DNA of 62,679 nucleotides, filler included, from Diploschistes diacapsis (GCA_023645945.1; 10 parts of 10 records of this genome joined end to end with filler, not necessarily neighbours in it); one strand, 5' to 3'. Counted from the whole stretch's first letter, positions 1-12,651 are shown. Notes: generated by a model not told the origin, from the letters alone. Translations and numbers: made by a program.

Positions 1-321
1 AAATTTATGTATATATAAAATAAATGTCAGCCTTATAATGGTACGGAAAAGATCATTACAGAAGTGCATTCGAAAGCATGATAATGATTATTGCTTCTAC
101 CGAGGCATCCGCAGTCAAGCAAGGGTTTTAACATGCAAAGGACCCTTTATTGTAGGTTTCATCCTAACGCCAACTTAGCCTAATTAAGTATTTAACCAAA
201 TACTGCGCAGCATAAAGGACAACCTGGTGAACCCTCAGAAGTAAAAAGCTTTTCCTGACGGCTCCAGGCACAATCGATATTAATTCCGAATCATAACTGA
301 TAAGGAGTACCATTGTCAAGG

Positions 322-1344
322 ATGTACGAGGATCTCTCCGGAGTCGCGATGAAAACAGACAATCCGTACGATGCCTTGCTCCTAGACTGCAAGGAGAACG
401 CTGTTCGTGCCCCAAGCTCCCAAATCAGGGTGTGATCCTCATCGCCCAGACATTGATACAGGAACGTTATGAGGCCCATCGCCAGAATAGGAACACACAA
501 CAGAAAGCAAAACTGCTGGATCCAAGCTTCTCAGCCGTCGAGATTGATCCCATCCTATTCAAGCTCGTCAACAGCCGCAAATATCGCGACTTTGAGGATA
601 GTAGGCACTGTCTCGTGTTCTGGGCTCGGCCGCCCCTTGCCATACGTAAGCTCATAGAAGTCCTACAGTTTCGACTTCGCAACGTGGCCCCTAGTCAGTG
701 TGCACATGCTCTCGTAGAGATTTCTGAGAGGCTTACCCCGTTCAGATCTCTGGCTAACGCCACCGGAGGGTTTGCACATGACAACGCTAGAGATAGCACA
801 TTCCTTAACCAAGCCAGAGATAGCAGCACGCGTCACTCAGATGGCGCCAAAGCTTGCGGAAATAACAGACTTTACATTCTCCCATCGCTCTAAGCTCATT
901 AGGCCCATGATTAGCTACGACACTGCCGCTCTTGCGCTTAGCTTTGTGCCCGCAGCAGGTGAAATGCCTGCAAAACCAGAGCCTTATACATACCATCACC
1001 TCCGTCGTGACCTTTATAACCTGTGTTGCACGACAGGGGTGAGCATAGACTCGAGATACATTGTGCCATCCGCACACCTTACAATCGGACGTTTTATAAC
1101 GCAAGATGATTTCACCCACTCCCATCATGGCCATAGGGTAGTTGACCCGGAGAAGGTGAGACGATGGGTATCCGAAATCGAAGAAATCAATGAATGGCTA
1201 CGGAAGACTTTTTGGTTGTCTGAAGAAAGCGAGACTGATTCCGATTGGGGGTGGAGTATTGGTCAAGAGAAAGGACTTGATTGCTGTCAAGGGACCCTGT
1301 GGTATGGAAATGGCGAAACTGTACGGCTGGGTAAAGGATTTTAA
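322..1344 (+). CDS. 2H phosphoesterase (LigT / cyclic nucleotide phosphodiesterase-like) family protein, 3 exons
   Basis: ATG at 322. Introns at about 403-449 and 694-745 (GT..AG) join the ORF-track pieces 432..893 and 772..1344. Two HxT motifs are present (LHMT, AHLT), as expected for the 2H fold. Confidence 0.7.
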
Positions 1345-1900
1345 ACCCTTTGATGTTAGCCGGTCTTGCCTTGAAGTTTGAAGAAGTATTAGCACATTGA
1401 GATTGGTTGTCCAATCCATACAACAAACAGCACGGTACTCCATGAGATGTAATTGATATGTCAGTATAGTTGGATGAAGCTCTTGAGTTGTATTGCACAT
1501 AGTATGATAATTATGGATGATCAAATATCGAATCATACTTGCGTTTTATCATAAGAAAAGGAAATTATCCTATAGCTGAAATTTGCAGCCGTTGAGGGTT
1601 TATTCTTATAATAAATATCCATCTGAATAATTAATATCGACTTCATATTTTACTGGTAGTGTTGACCCGTATGCTAAGCATCTGTTCCAAGTACATCGCA
1701 ATCTACGCCCTGAATACAAGATGTTTAAAAATTGTTTCTATAAGTCTAGCAATAAAAATTCGATTGACCGTTGGTCTAAACGTAGGTTTTTTTGCATAAG
1801 CACATCACCGATGGGAATTTACAGAAGCATACTACGGCAACCTTAATTAAAAGACATGTTATAATATTTCACTGTATCACCTTATGATTCAAACATAGTC

Positions 1901-4900
1901 CTAATGCGTCAGTGTTCTAACGGCTTGAAGCATCAACGCAAATATCAGGCCACGGGAAAAGTTTTCTATTTGTAATGAATCGAAAACCCGGCCCAGAGCT
2001 TCGCTGCTAGCGGAGGAGCCCATGATCCCTTTCAACGCTGGTGGCATGCCTTTCTCAATAAGGAGACGCCGGGCTTTTACTTTTAACATGTCCTGCTCAT
2101 TTTCCGACAATGCAGGAGGCCAAAGTGCTAGTTCCTCTTCTGTCGGTACACAGCTTTCTCGTAGTTTCTTTAAATGGGACGCGAGACCTGCATCCGATGT
2201 GTTCGCATTGATTACCTGTTCCTGCAGTAGGACGCGGATCGATTCCAAACTGGGATTGTTTGAGCGTAGCAAGAACGCTTTGGCAGCGTTGAGTAGGGTT
2301 CGTCGGATGTTCCAGACGGATGACAACGTGTACAACTCGTTGATTAGTGCGAATAGAAGTTCGACCATAACTTGGGTTTCTTCGGTGGTAAAGGGCGTCG
2401 TACTTTTACCGGAGACTCGCACTGGTCGAGGATTGAGGGGTTCCTCCGCTTCACTTAGTTTAGTATGTTTTTGTATGGGGCGAGCCATATTAGAAAGGTC
2501 CGTCCTTGTGTCTGCAAGCTGGTCCGCTCTCGGTCTGTGCGCACAGGAGTTTTGTCCATTTGTCAGCGGCTCATAACTTTCAGCGATTTCGCTAGGCAGC
2601 GGTGGCAGGTTCAGCTCCATTTGCTCATGTTGAGCACTATGATGCGCAATCTTGCCGTTGGTACCCAAAGCTTGCCCCACTGAACGCTGATAAGCGGTGC
2701 CAACATCATCCTCAGCAAGTGAACGAAGTGCATTGCGCCGTTCGAAAGCATCGCCAGAGGGGCGACTTTGGAGCGGGGAGGGTCGCGCCAACTCAGTAAA
2801 GCTTTGCGTTGATTGGCGGGCGCTCCCACCAGCTGTAGGGATGTCGCTGCTGCGGATTGATCCAGGTTCATCACTGATTTTGGTCTTGATGCTAACAGAC
2901 TCTGATGTACTGGCATAAGAACGCCTCCCTTCGGTGAATTGATGCATCTTGCCTGTGGAGGTCGACACAGCTGGACCACGAGCCTGAAATAATGAGCTAG
3001 GTTTCTTCTGAAATACACCGCTCACGCCCTCGAATATGGCTTTGCCCCCATCCGCAGCTCCTTTGGGAGCGCCTGTTAAGACATCCAACATGCCCTTACC
3101 CACGTTCTGAAATACCTCTGGGCCTGGAAATCCCAACAGGCTCTTAGAATTGGACAGCTTAGTAAGAGCCTGATCTTTCTCCAGAAAGCGCTTCATTCCT
3201 TCACTCTCGGCGAGACGTACGTGCGTTAAAGCTTCGGCAAGATAGTCTTCGAGGTCTAGACGGAGGGACGTCTTGCTCTTACTTCTCCAATTAGGCACTG
3301 CGGCATATTTGTGGGTGAAATCTGAGACGCCAGAGATCACTGAGATACGCCTTAGCACTTCATGCAGAGTTTCGAAGTCTGCGTATTTCCGGGCAATCAT
3401 CCATCCTGCATCTTGGGAAGATGCAGGCTCTATCTGGAGGAGGTAATCTATCATCGGCTTGGAACGTAGGGTAGCTTTCTCATCTGCGTGAGCATCATCG
3501 ATAATTATAACTCTTGCGTTATGCAGCGTCAGTGGAGCGATTCCGGTAGGTTCAGAGACGGATTGTATTGGGTAAGCTAACTGGTCAAAGTCCGTGAAAG
3601 ATGGTGCCAGGAATGGGTTGGGCCCTCCTATTATCAAGGTCTGTACGTTTTCGACCTGCGCCTCTTCTGATGTGCAATGAACGTCTTGTTTTGACGAGCC
3701 ACCCTTACTGGTATTTGGGAAATCGCTTTGGGATGATGTAGGTGTTGGGAGTGCTTGCGTGGAAGCGGCAGACGAGCGGTTGTCCTCGCTCCCTTGGATT
3801 CTGGTTGTCTCTTCAGCAGCTATCATATCACTTAATCGCTTCGCCTCGAGCATTGCTGTTTTCGTTGCTTCGTCGAGCTCCATCGCCTCTCTCTTCGACT
3901 TAGCCACCGACACATCAATGATTGGGGTATCCCTATCAATTTCAATGTCACTACTAGCTTGCCGGCCAGAGGACAGTTGCTCGGTATCCTTCGTAGTAGC
4001 GTCACCTACGCCAGCATTGATAGCGTTCATGATCTCCGGCTCACCCTCCTCAAGGAGATACACAATCCAACCGTTAATCCAACCAGCCTGTGAACATCTT
4101 TGTAGCGCCGAGCCAAGAATGAGATCTGCCACTACTTTTCTCAAGAACACCTTAACCGGCTCGCACTTATATGTGTTCGGATCTAAGAAGGTTTGAAGGA
4201 TATCCTCAGCCACGACTTCGAACTTTTTCTCTTGCTCTTTCTGATCCAAGACATTGGCGAGACTACTATCTGGGTTATTCATAAGGTAAAGCTGGACAGC
4301 GGTTGCAGGGTCGACATTGTCAAGTCCGGATGTTATCAAAGCACTGGAGAGCTCTTTCAAAAAAACGATGAGGATGGCAGTAATGTTGGTGAGAAAGGTG
4401 AGGAATAAATCCGGCGTTCGTTTCTTTGATAAGTGCGTAGAAAACGCAAGGATGAATGCGGTCAATGTCTGGCGGCATGCAAAGGGGAAGGAAGTATCTT
4501 GGGGTAAGATAGGAGAATACCACCACCTGATGGACGTTAGCTACAAATCCATCTTAGGGGTGCTGATACTGACTTCACGTAGTCGTAGATGATAGCCTCA
4601 ACAAAATCTGAAAGTGCGGTAGCCGTTTTAGGTTCGAATTCTTCAAACGTAAGCTTTTTGCGATGCGACAGTTGTACCAGCACATCTTCTCTAGTGTATG
4701 TGCCTGATGGTTCTATCACGGACGTCTTGCGATCTCGCCAATCAAGCAATCGCTTCAATATGTCTAGCCCAAGTTCTTTCCTCCGTTTAAGCTCCATAGT
4801 CTGAAGAGACCGATCGTCTCTTCCTACTGATTCCCATGTCGCGTGCAGCACGATGCCTGTGACTACACCTATAAGAATCAATCCTACGCGACCGAGAACA

Positions 4901-5046
4901 AGATAAGTGGCCACGCCTAAGCCTGCGAAACATCCTCCCAAAATCTCGTTACTGGCTGTGGATAGAAAGCTGAGGAGTCTTGTGGTAAAGTCGGTTGCCG
5001 CAGACACTTTTGGGGAATGCTGGTTGTCTTTGGATGATTCAATCAT
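1901..5046 (-). CDS. PXA/PX-domain sorting-nexin-like protein
   Basis: Exon 1 has a hydrophobic N-terminal segment. Intron 4527-4573 (GTCAGT..GCTAAC..CAG) gives YVKWWYSPILP, which is PXA-like. A PX-like motif (GWMIARKYADFETLH) and a C-terminal nexin-like region (WNIRRTLLNAAK) follow. Confidence 0.8.
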
Positions 5047-5418
5047 AACTATCGTATTTATAAAGCGAAGAGGTAGGGCAGTTCATTAAGTCCATCAGAA
5101 GGCAGGTGTAATCCAAACTAGATCGGTACGATTAACATAAATACAAATACTTTGCAGCTCTTAAATCAGCGAATGATGTCTTAACGCCAGGAATCCAACG
5201 CTCCGTATTTGAAATCCGGCCGTGTTGCGAGGGCAAGCCTACCCCTAGAATGGAGCTTCACAGTATAGTCGTGACCCTAGAACTCGAACAAGACCCTACT
5301 AACCGAACACGTGATACAATAGTAAAACTACAATAGTAAATATTTAAAATAAATATTTCTAAAAGTAATTATTTAAAGCCTTATAGATCGAATAATAGTT
5401 ATATTTAACCCTATATAA

Positions 5419-5732
5419 TAGGCTAGCCGTTTCGTGCCACGGTCACTAACACAGATACTATAACAAAAATTTTTAAAACACGGATACTAATACGGATATT
5501 ATAACTAAAATTTTACAATACGGACATTAACACGGATATTATATTATAATAAAAGCACGAATACGGATATTATAATTAAAATTTTTAAAATATTAATATT
5601 AATACGGATATTATATTTCCGTGAATCTACGGACACGGACACCGCAGCTAAAAAATCTAAAACACGGACATTGACACTATCAATATTCGTGTCACTGACA
5701 CGGCCGTGTTAGTGTCAGTGACGGCCAGCCTA
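5419..5732. mobile_element. Non-autonomous hAT-like MITE, complete copy (314 bp)
   Basis: 12-bp TIRs TAGGCTAGCCGT / ACGGCCAGCCTA (1 mismatch). 8-bp flanking duplication CTATATAA (5411-5418) / CTATATGA (5733-5740). Internal ACACGGA(C/T)A repeats. Confidence 0.8.
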
Positions 5733-5828
5733 CTATATGAAACGCCAGCGCAGGAATGGATGCTACATTACCGAAGGCTGGGCCTGATCCGGAAGGATTA
5801 CGTGTAACTAAATATTTATAGGTAAAAG

Positions 5829-6230
5829 TAGGCTGGCCGTTTCGTGCCACGGTCACTGACACGGACACTGCAGCAAAAAATTTTAAAACACGGATATTGA
5901 CACGGACACGATAGCTAAAATTTTAAAACACGGATATTAACACGGATACTATATTATAATAAAAGCACGGACACGGACATTATAATTAAAATTTTTAAAA
6001 TATTAATATTAATACGGATATTACATTTCCGTGAATTTATCGAAATATTGCGGTGAATCTACCGAAATATTATAATGAAATTTTTTTAAAAAAATAAAAG
6101 CGTAAGAAATAGGCGTGATAATTTTAAAATTATTAAAATTAAAAAAATAATTTAAAATATTTCGATAAATACACGGATACGGACATCGTAATAAAAATTT
6201 TTTCGACACGGACATTAATACGGATATTAT
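5829..6230. mobile_element. Second, longer copy of the same hAT-like element, cut by the contig end
   Basis: Starts TAGGCTGGCCGTTTCGTGCCACGG. It is colinear with 5419-5625 at an offset of 410, and the differences are mostly transitions. Confidence 0.8.
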
Positions 6231-6330
6231 NNNNNNNNNNNNNNNNNNNNNNNNNNNNNNNNNNNNNNNNNNNNTTAATTAATTAANNNNNNNNNNNNNN
6301 NNNNNNNNNNNNNNNNNNNNNNNNNNNNNN
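6231..6330. other. Artificial contig linker N44-TTAATTAATTAA-N44
   Basis: 100-bp spacer with a six-frame stop cassette. Confidence 0.97.
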
Positions 6331-7087
6331 GGGCCAAGAAGTTATAGATGTCGCAAAATGCCTTCTTTAAAAAGCTTGGCACTGGCTTGCTTGCAGAATG
6401 CAGAATGCAGAATGCCGACGAGCCAGGGCCTCCGAAGGAAAAAGGAAAGTGGAGCAAAAAACGTATGCATGCATGCATGCATACGACAGGTGGTGGGAAC
6501 GGAACTTACATACAACTATATATATATATGCTCCCAACCAAAGGAGGACGAAGTGGCCCCCTTTCTTTTTGGTACTGATTTCGTGTGATGTAGTGAACGG
6601 CTACGACTGAGAGCAAAGAAGGGAGAAGGGGACGGATAAGAGCGTATGCTATGCGGCACTTGAGAACGAGGGATGCAGCAGGCAAGCAAGCACCTTATTA
6701 TCTCTGATGCTCTGTCTGTCTGGCGATTTATACTAATAGTTTGTCGCTGGTCCAAGCAGCGGCCAAGCAGGTAGGCGATGGATCAAACTGCAGGGGTATA
6801 TTTAAAACATCTCTTTACTTCGTACTTGTCCACACAGAGACCCAAGTAGATCGCTGCCCTGCTTTGCTGCGCCGGGGCAAATCATCAGCTAAGTAGGTTT
6901 GCAGTTGGTGGCGTATATCTTGGACGCGGACGCCGGACCCAGACGGCCTGTGCATGCATCCGGCGCTCCTTCGTCTTTTCGTATAGAACTCCTCTCAGGC
7001 CGTCAAAACGCCATACCTTTTAATGCCTTCTCGTAAACCCACCCAATATGGCCCCGGAACGTCGCCCTAAGAGGATAACCTACGCTT

Positions 7088-8605
7088 TCAAAGCGCGTCT
7101 TCAAACTCCTCATCGTCCTCATCATCACTCCCAGCCTCGACTTTAACGGGCACAACGTCTCCACCGACTGCATCGCCCTCAGTCCCCGGTTCCAGCTTGA
7201 TCTTCTTGCTCGGGCTGCGCCCACCGTCCGGAGTGCTAGTGACGGGACTGCTACCCAGCGCCCCGTTCATCATCCCTCCCTCGTCCTCTGACAAACGCCG
7301 CTTCTTCACGTTCCCATTGAGCGTAGCGGACAAGCTTGACATTGGCGTGCCCGTCCCGGCCGTACCTAACCCAGCACTCGCGCCGTTACCATTCGCGCCC
7401 CTCTTAGCATCGATCTCGACGTCCTCAAAGCCGTCCTCGTCCTCTTCACCGCCCGATGAAGACTCCGATTCGGAAGCAGAGGGCAGCGCGTTGCGCCGCT
7501 CCTCTTCCTCCTTGAGCGAAGCATAGTACGCTTCTACGGCATCCGCATCTGCGATGCTGGGTTTCTTCTCCTCCTTGGTATCCTCCTGCTTGACCGCTAT
7601 CCCCGCTGCGGCACTGGTCGGTGCAGCTCCGGCGACCGGGGACGCCGTGTCCGGGTCAGCCTTGATCTCGATCGTCGATTCTGTGTACCACGACGGCAGC
7701 GCGTTCTGCTTCTCCTGCATGGCTTTCAGTTCGCGGGCTCGCTGCTCTGCCTCGTCGCGCCCTTCTTCAGTGGCGATCGTGACATCAAGGTCGAGCATTG
7801 CTTCCGACTTTATTTTGGCTGAGGGCTTGCTCTCTTCCTTGATTGGCTCGTACAATTGAGTCGGGTGCGTTTCTTCGTTGCGGCGGACGGGGATGGCAAC
7901 GGCGAGAGCGGACTGGAAGTCGTTCTGGGGGATTTCTTCGGCGTCGATCTTCTTGAGGAGGGTGAGGAGTGGGTCGATTTGCGCCATCAAGCGCGACTGT
8001 CGTTCCGAGCCTGCGCGGTCGGCGGTCGAGATCTCTTCGCGTTCCAGAGCGTTGTTACATCGGTGGCATAGGAATCCGCCGGCGAACGGGTTGTCAAGGA
8101 CTTCCAGTGTTGTGAATTTCGAGCGGCAGCGGGGGCAGAAGTAGTCTTTTTTCTCCTCCGAGGGCTTGTAGAGGGCCTTGACCTTTTCCGTAAGGTGGAA
8201 GATGCGGTATTTGATGGCGTCGATGGCGAGGTGATGGTTAATGTAATAGTAGTCTCGGTGTATGGGTCGAGTGGTGTTTTGCTTGACTTCTTGGCGCTGC
8301 TGACTGGAGGAGAGTTAGCGAATATGGATAAGGCAGGTTTGTGGTTGATAGGATAAGCGCACACTGAGATCAGCCTATCCTCGCGCAAGCGGGCGAGGTA
8401 TTTGCGGAGATCTTTTTGCTGGACGCTTGTGAGGAGGTGCATGTCGTCCACTGAGAGTCTGAGAGTATATCAGTGATGGCTACGAGGAGGGACCTGCGAG
8501 CCGTGCATACGCAGAGTGAACCATGAGCGCATCTACTACCAGCACATGGTGCAGGTCGTAGAAGGAGCGGGCCACGCTGCGAATGAGCGTCTTTGCAAGA
8601 TCCAT
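7088..8605 (-). CDS. TFA1: Transcription initiation factor TFIIE alpha subunit
   Basis: Starts MDLAKTLIRSVARSFY. Two introns. Contains RDYYYINHHLAIDAIKYRI, a zinc ribbon (CPRC..CHRC) and an acidic C-terminus (EEFEDAL). Confidence 0.9.
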
Positions 8606-9144
8606 TGTGCGAGGCGTCAAGTAATTGCTAGAATCGAATCCGTTCCCTAAAGAAAACTCTAGCCGGTGGTGAAAGCTCGAGCTTCGAGGAGAGATCCAGG
8701 GCGACTTGAAAGAAAACACGGCCGAGGGCTCAAGCACAAGTAAATCCGCCGCAAACACTTCACCTAGAGAACGTACACTCCATCATTTGCGGTCTCTGCA
8801 GCAGACTCTGCGGAGATCGTAATAATGGATAGTGTGCAGCTCGAGTGCTGGGCGAACTGAAAGATGCGCGCTCGACCGGGTAGAGTGAGAGTGAGATCGA
8901 GAGCGAGGTGGCCCAATTCTTTCATTGTTCCCTTGACGCCAAGTTGCGGTAGGGCTGAAGCTTTACCAAATACAGACAGGCGATAACCGCGCGGCTATGC
9001 ACGCTCTTTGACCTATCTTATACGGACTACTTTCTTTCTACAATGTACTACGAATGTAGAACGAAACGAACCTCTGAAAAGGCTTTAAGTTTTAGTCACT
9101 TAGTAAAAGATACTGTTTCTTTGGCCATCCTAGTAATGGTCTAA

Positions 9145-9700
9145 TTATAAGTCCGCTTGCTGATTCAAGGAGCTTTCCAAGGCAAAGGAAGCTTTAGCTA
9201 GAAACTTAACCATCAATGCTCCTCCTTTTAGTGAACTAGTCTGCGCTTTTTTGATGTCGGAAGAGGCTATCGCTAAGTGTAGCGCCGTGCAGCCTTGGTG
9301 GTCTCGCAAAGTAGTATCTGCCTTGCAGGTGAGAAGCATTTCTATGGTTGATGATTCTATCCAAGGCCTTGCCATATGTAACGCTGTTCCGCCTTTCGGC
9401 TATAGAAGCCTTGCATAACGATGTCCGCTCCGTGTTCAAGGAACAAACCAAGATTGCATTATGGTTGAAAAACCCCTGTATCGTTGGCATATGCTCCACC
9501 ATTAAGTAGCAACTGTAATATCATCTTCATTACCTTCCATAGCTACACGAGGCAATGCCATATAGCACCAGGTACCCCTCGTCACAATATCTACCCCGTA
9601 GTCGAGTAAGGCCGGTATCGTGGATATATGACCTCTAAAGACAGTGTAGCTCAACGGCATGTAAGAGTCCATAGCTTTCTTGCCGAACTCTCCTCATCGG
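9145..9700 (-). pseudogene. Degenerate ankyrin-repeat gene fragment
   Basis: Ankyrin-like motifs (ADTTLRDHQGCTALHLAI, GGTALHMA) are split across frames and interrupted by stops. Boundaries are approximate. Confidence 0.55.
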
Positions 9701-10490
9701 ACTTTAAATACTTCAAAAGCCCACCTTGATGGAGTAATGTTTTGACCCGACATGTCAATCTGAAATATAAAAAGCGAACCCTGTCCGTCGAACTCAAAAC
9801 CAAAAGTTTGCAATTTACTAGCATGGGCCTCCCACCAAACACGGCGCAGAGGAGACGTCTCTATTAAAAAAGGTTGAGCCATGTTTAAAAGCTCCATCGC
9901 ATAACTAGCACTAGAGGTGGCGTGAAATGACTAGTAATTCTGGGCTTAGTCCAAGAAAACCACACGCTCTTTTGCATTGTTCGGTATCATACAACGAAAA
10001 ACTGGGGTTATGGCATCCAGACAATTAAACAGACTCGGAGCGCTTCCAGAACCCGCAATATTCACAGCCTGGTGGACTTCTCCTGCAACGACCTGTGAGC
10101 AATCCTGCGCGACCACTTCAGCGATATGGGTATGAGGAAATGCACCGGTTGCCTAACATCAAATCAAATGTAGCATCAGGAGTAGGTTTGATGCAGCATC
10201 AGAAAGCAAGGCTTAGATGGCAAGAGGCCCTTGCGACCTAAGCGACAGCATCTTCCCAGTATTGGGTCACGGAAAGATAGGGCAGGAGCTGCTCCATCCT
10301 TCGATTGACAGATTTTCGATATTCATCGTAGCTACTAGAACTTCACCTGCAAGATTATTGAATCGCCCCGTAATCGGAGTTGACGATTTAGGGGAACCAG
10401 GGTCCCGCACTCAAGCAATTATAGCAAAGCTCCACTAAAACTTGCTATAAGCATGCAATCGAGCACGTAAATGCCCACGCGGTTAGCAAT

Positions 10491-12551
10491 ATGGCGAGTG
10501 AGGTTTCTCAACCTGCCGCAGCCCAAGCGAATATCAGCTCTTCTGAAATTGCCATGGCTTCTCCCGAGCAAACTACGGAGAGACCTCAGTCTCGGAAACG
10601 GGCAAGATCTCCCCACAACGCCGACGAGGAGAAGCGGAATAAATGGCCTGACTGGAGTGGTCGTGGAGGCAAGCAAAGAGGAAGGCGAGGGCGATCACCA
10701 TCAAAGCAAAGTACCAACCAAAGAGGAGATATGTGAGTTGTTAGAAATCACGCTTGCTACGATCTGTTGAGTGTGACTAACTAATCAAGCGCATCAGCGT
10801 CCGATCGGCGACGGCAGACCGGGGATGGTCGCAAGCAGTATGGTGACAATCCGAACTTTCTAGTCAACTTTTCAAAGGAGGAGATTGAGAATGAATCGCG
10901 AAGACCCAAAAAGAAGGTCGTGGTCATGATAGGATACTCGGGTAGCGGGTACAAGGGCATGCAGCTGTGAGTGACATTAGGTCGGTTTCATTACAGCCAG
11001 CTTATGAGGGTAGTAACGGGAACGAGAAGACGATCGAATCCGATCTCTTCAAAGCCTTCGTTGCTGCCGGAGCAGTATCCAAGGCGAACGCCGATGACCC
11101 TAAGAAATCTGCTCTAGTGAGGTGTGCAAGGACAGACAAAGGTGTTCATGCTGCAGGGAATGTGATATCCATGAAGCTTATAGTGGAGGACAAGGACATC
11201 GTGCAGAAAATTAACAGCCATCTTTCTCCGCAAATCAGAGTCTGGGGTATTGAACAGGCCACTGGCAGTTTCAGCGCCTACCAGGCTTGTGACTCTCGTA
11301 TTTACGAATACCTAATACCTACTCACTGCTTCGTACCCCCGCATCCACGGAGCTTCCTGGCTAAGAAGTTAGTTGAGCTCGCAGAAGAGGCGGGCGATAC
11401 GGAAGGATACAGAATCAGGCAGGGGGATGCCTTGTCGTATTGGGAAGAAGCCGAAGAGAAGTTTGTTAAGCCTGTCCTGGATACGTTGGACCCCGAGCTT
11501 GCCAGACAGGCACTGCAGGCTATCTTTGAGACAGGTACTAGCCATGTTGTGAAAGAACAAAGAGAAAAGCAAGGTCTGCAAGGCATCGAGGAAGTTGGCA
11601 ATACTGTCAACGGCGCCAATGATAGTTCGACTGCAGGGCAACAGTCCGTCGAGCTTGCCCAGGACGAACAGAACGCAATCGAGCAAGTAGACCTGGCCAT
11701 TGAACGAGCTGAGATGGAGGTAGATGCTGCGCCTTCAGCAGATCAAGGCCCTACTCTCGACACCAGTCCTCGCGTTGAGGACACAAGCGACGCCTCAGCA
11801 ATCAAAACCCCGGACGCAGCAGCCAATATGAGCACTACCACCACCCCACCCCCGAACCCCCTCGAAGCCGCCATCCGCGACCTCAAATCCGCCTACGTGC
11901 GCGCCAAACTGTCCTACCGTCTCTCCGCGCCACGCTTAGCCCGCGTCCAATCCACCCTATCCCGCTACGTCGGCACGCACCGCTTCCACAACTACACCAT
12001 CCACAAATCCCCCTTTGAGTCATCGGCCAAACGGCACATAAAATCCTTCGTCGTCTCCAATCCCACCTCCCCCATCATCATCAACGGCGTAGAATGGCTC
12101 TCCCTAAAAGTCCACGGCCAGAGCTTCATGATGCACCAGATCCGCAAAATGGTATCCATGGCCGCGCTCGTCGTGCGTTGCGGGACCCATGAGGGGCGCA
12201 TACAGGACTCCTTTCTCCCACAGCGAATCTCCATCCCGCGGGCTCCGGGCCTGGGCCTCCTGCTCGAGCGCCCGATCTTTCAGGGCTACAATGATAAGAT
12301 CCGGCTTAAGGGCGGGATCGAGAGAGGGAAGGTGGTGTTCGATGCGTTCGAGAAGGAGATTGAGGAATTCAAGCAGAGGGAGATTTACGAGCGGATTTGG
12401 AGGGAGGAGGAGAAGGAGCATTTGTTCTTGGGACTGTTTGGGGCGGTGGACATGCTGAGGAGCGCGCAGTTGCTGTATCTGAGTAGTGGGGGTTTGGAAG
12501 CGACGAAGAAGGTTGTTGAGGGGGCGTGGCAGTGGAAGAGGAGGAGGGAGG
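10491..12551 (+). CDS. PUS1: tRNA pseudouridine synthase (TruA family); 3' end at the contig break
   Basis: KKKVVVMIGYSGSGYKGMQ, catalytic CARTDKGVHA, FHNYT and GQSFMMHQIRKM. Two 5' introns with GTGAGT donors near 10733 and 10967. Confidence 0.92.
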
Positions 12552-12651
12552 NNNNNNNNNNNNNNNNNNNNNNNNNNNNNNNNNNNNNNNNNNNNTTAAT
12601 TAATTAANNNNNNNNNNNNNNNNNNNNNNNNNNNNNNNNNNNNNNNNNNNN
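12552..12651. other. Artificial contig linker
   Basis: N44-TTAATTAATTAA-N44. Confidence 0.97.

Noticed and set aside
6275..6286. TTAATTAATTAA palindrome recurring every 6.2 kb as a biological repeat or CRISPR-like array
   Set aside because: It is always centred in N runs and is an assembly spacer. ORFs ending in XXXLIN are artefacts of it.
6390..6530. GCAGAAT, GCAT and TA short repeats
   Set aside because: Ordinary microsatellites near a contig end.
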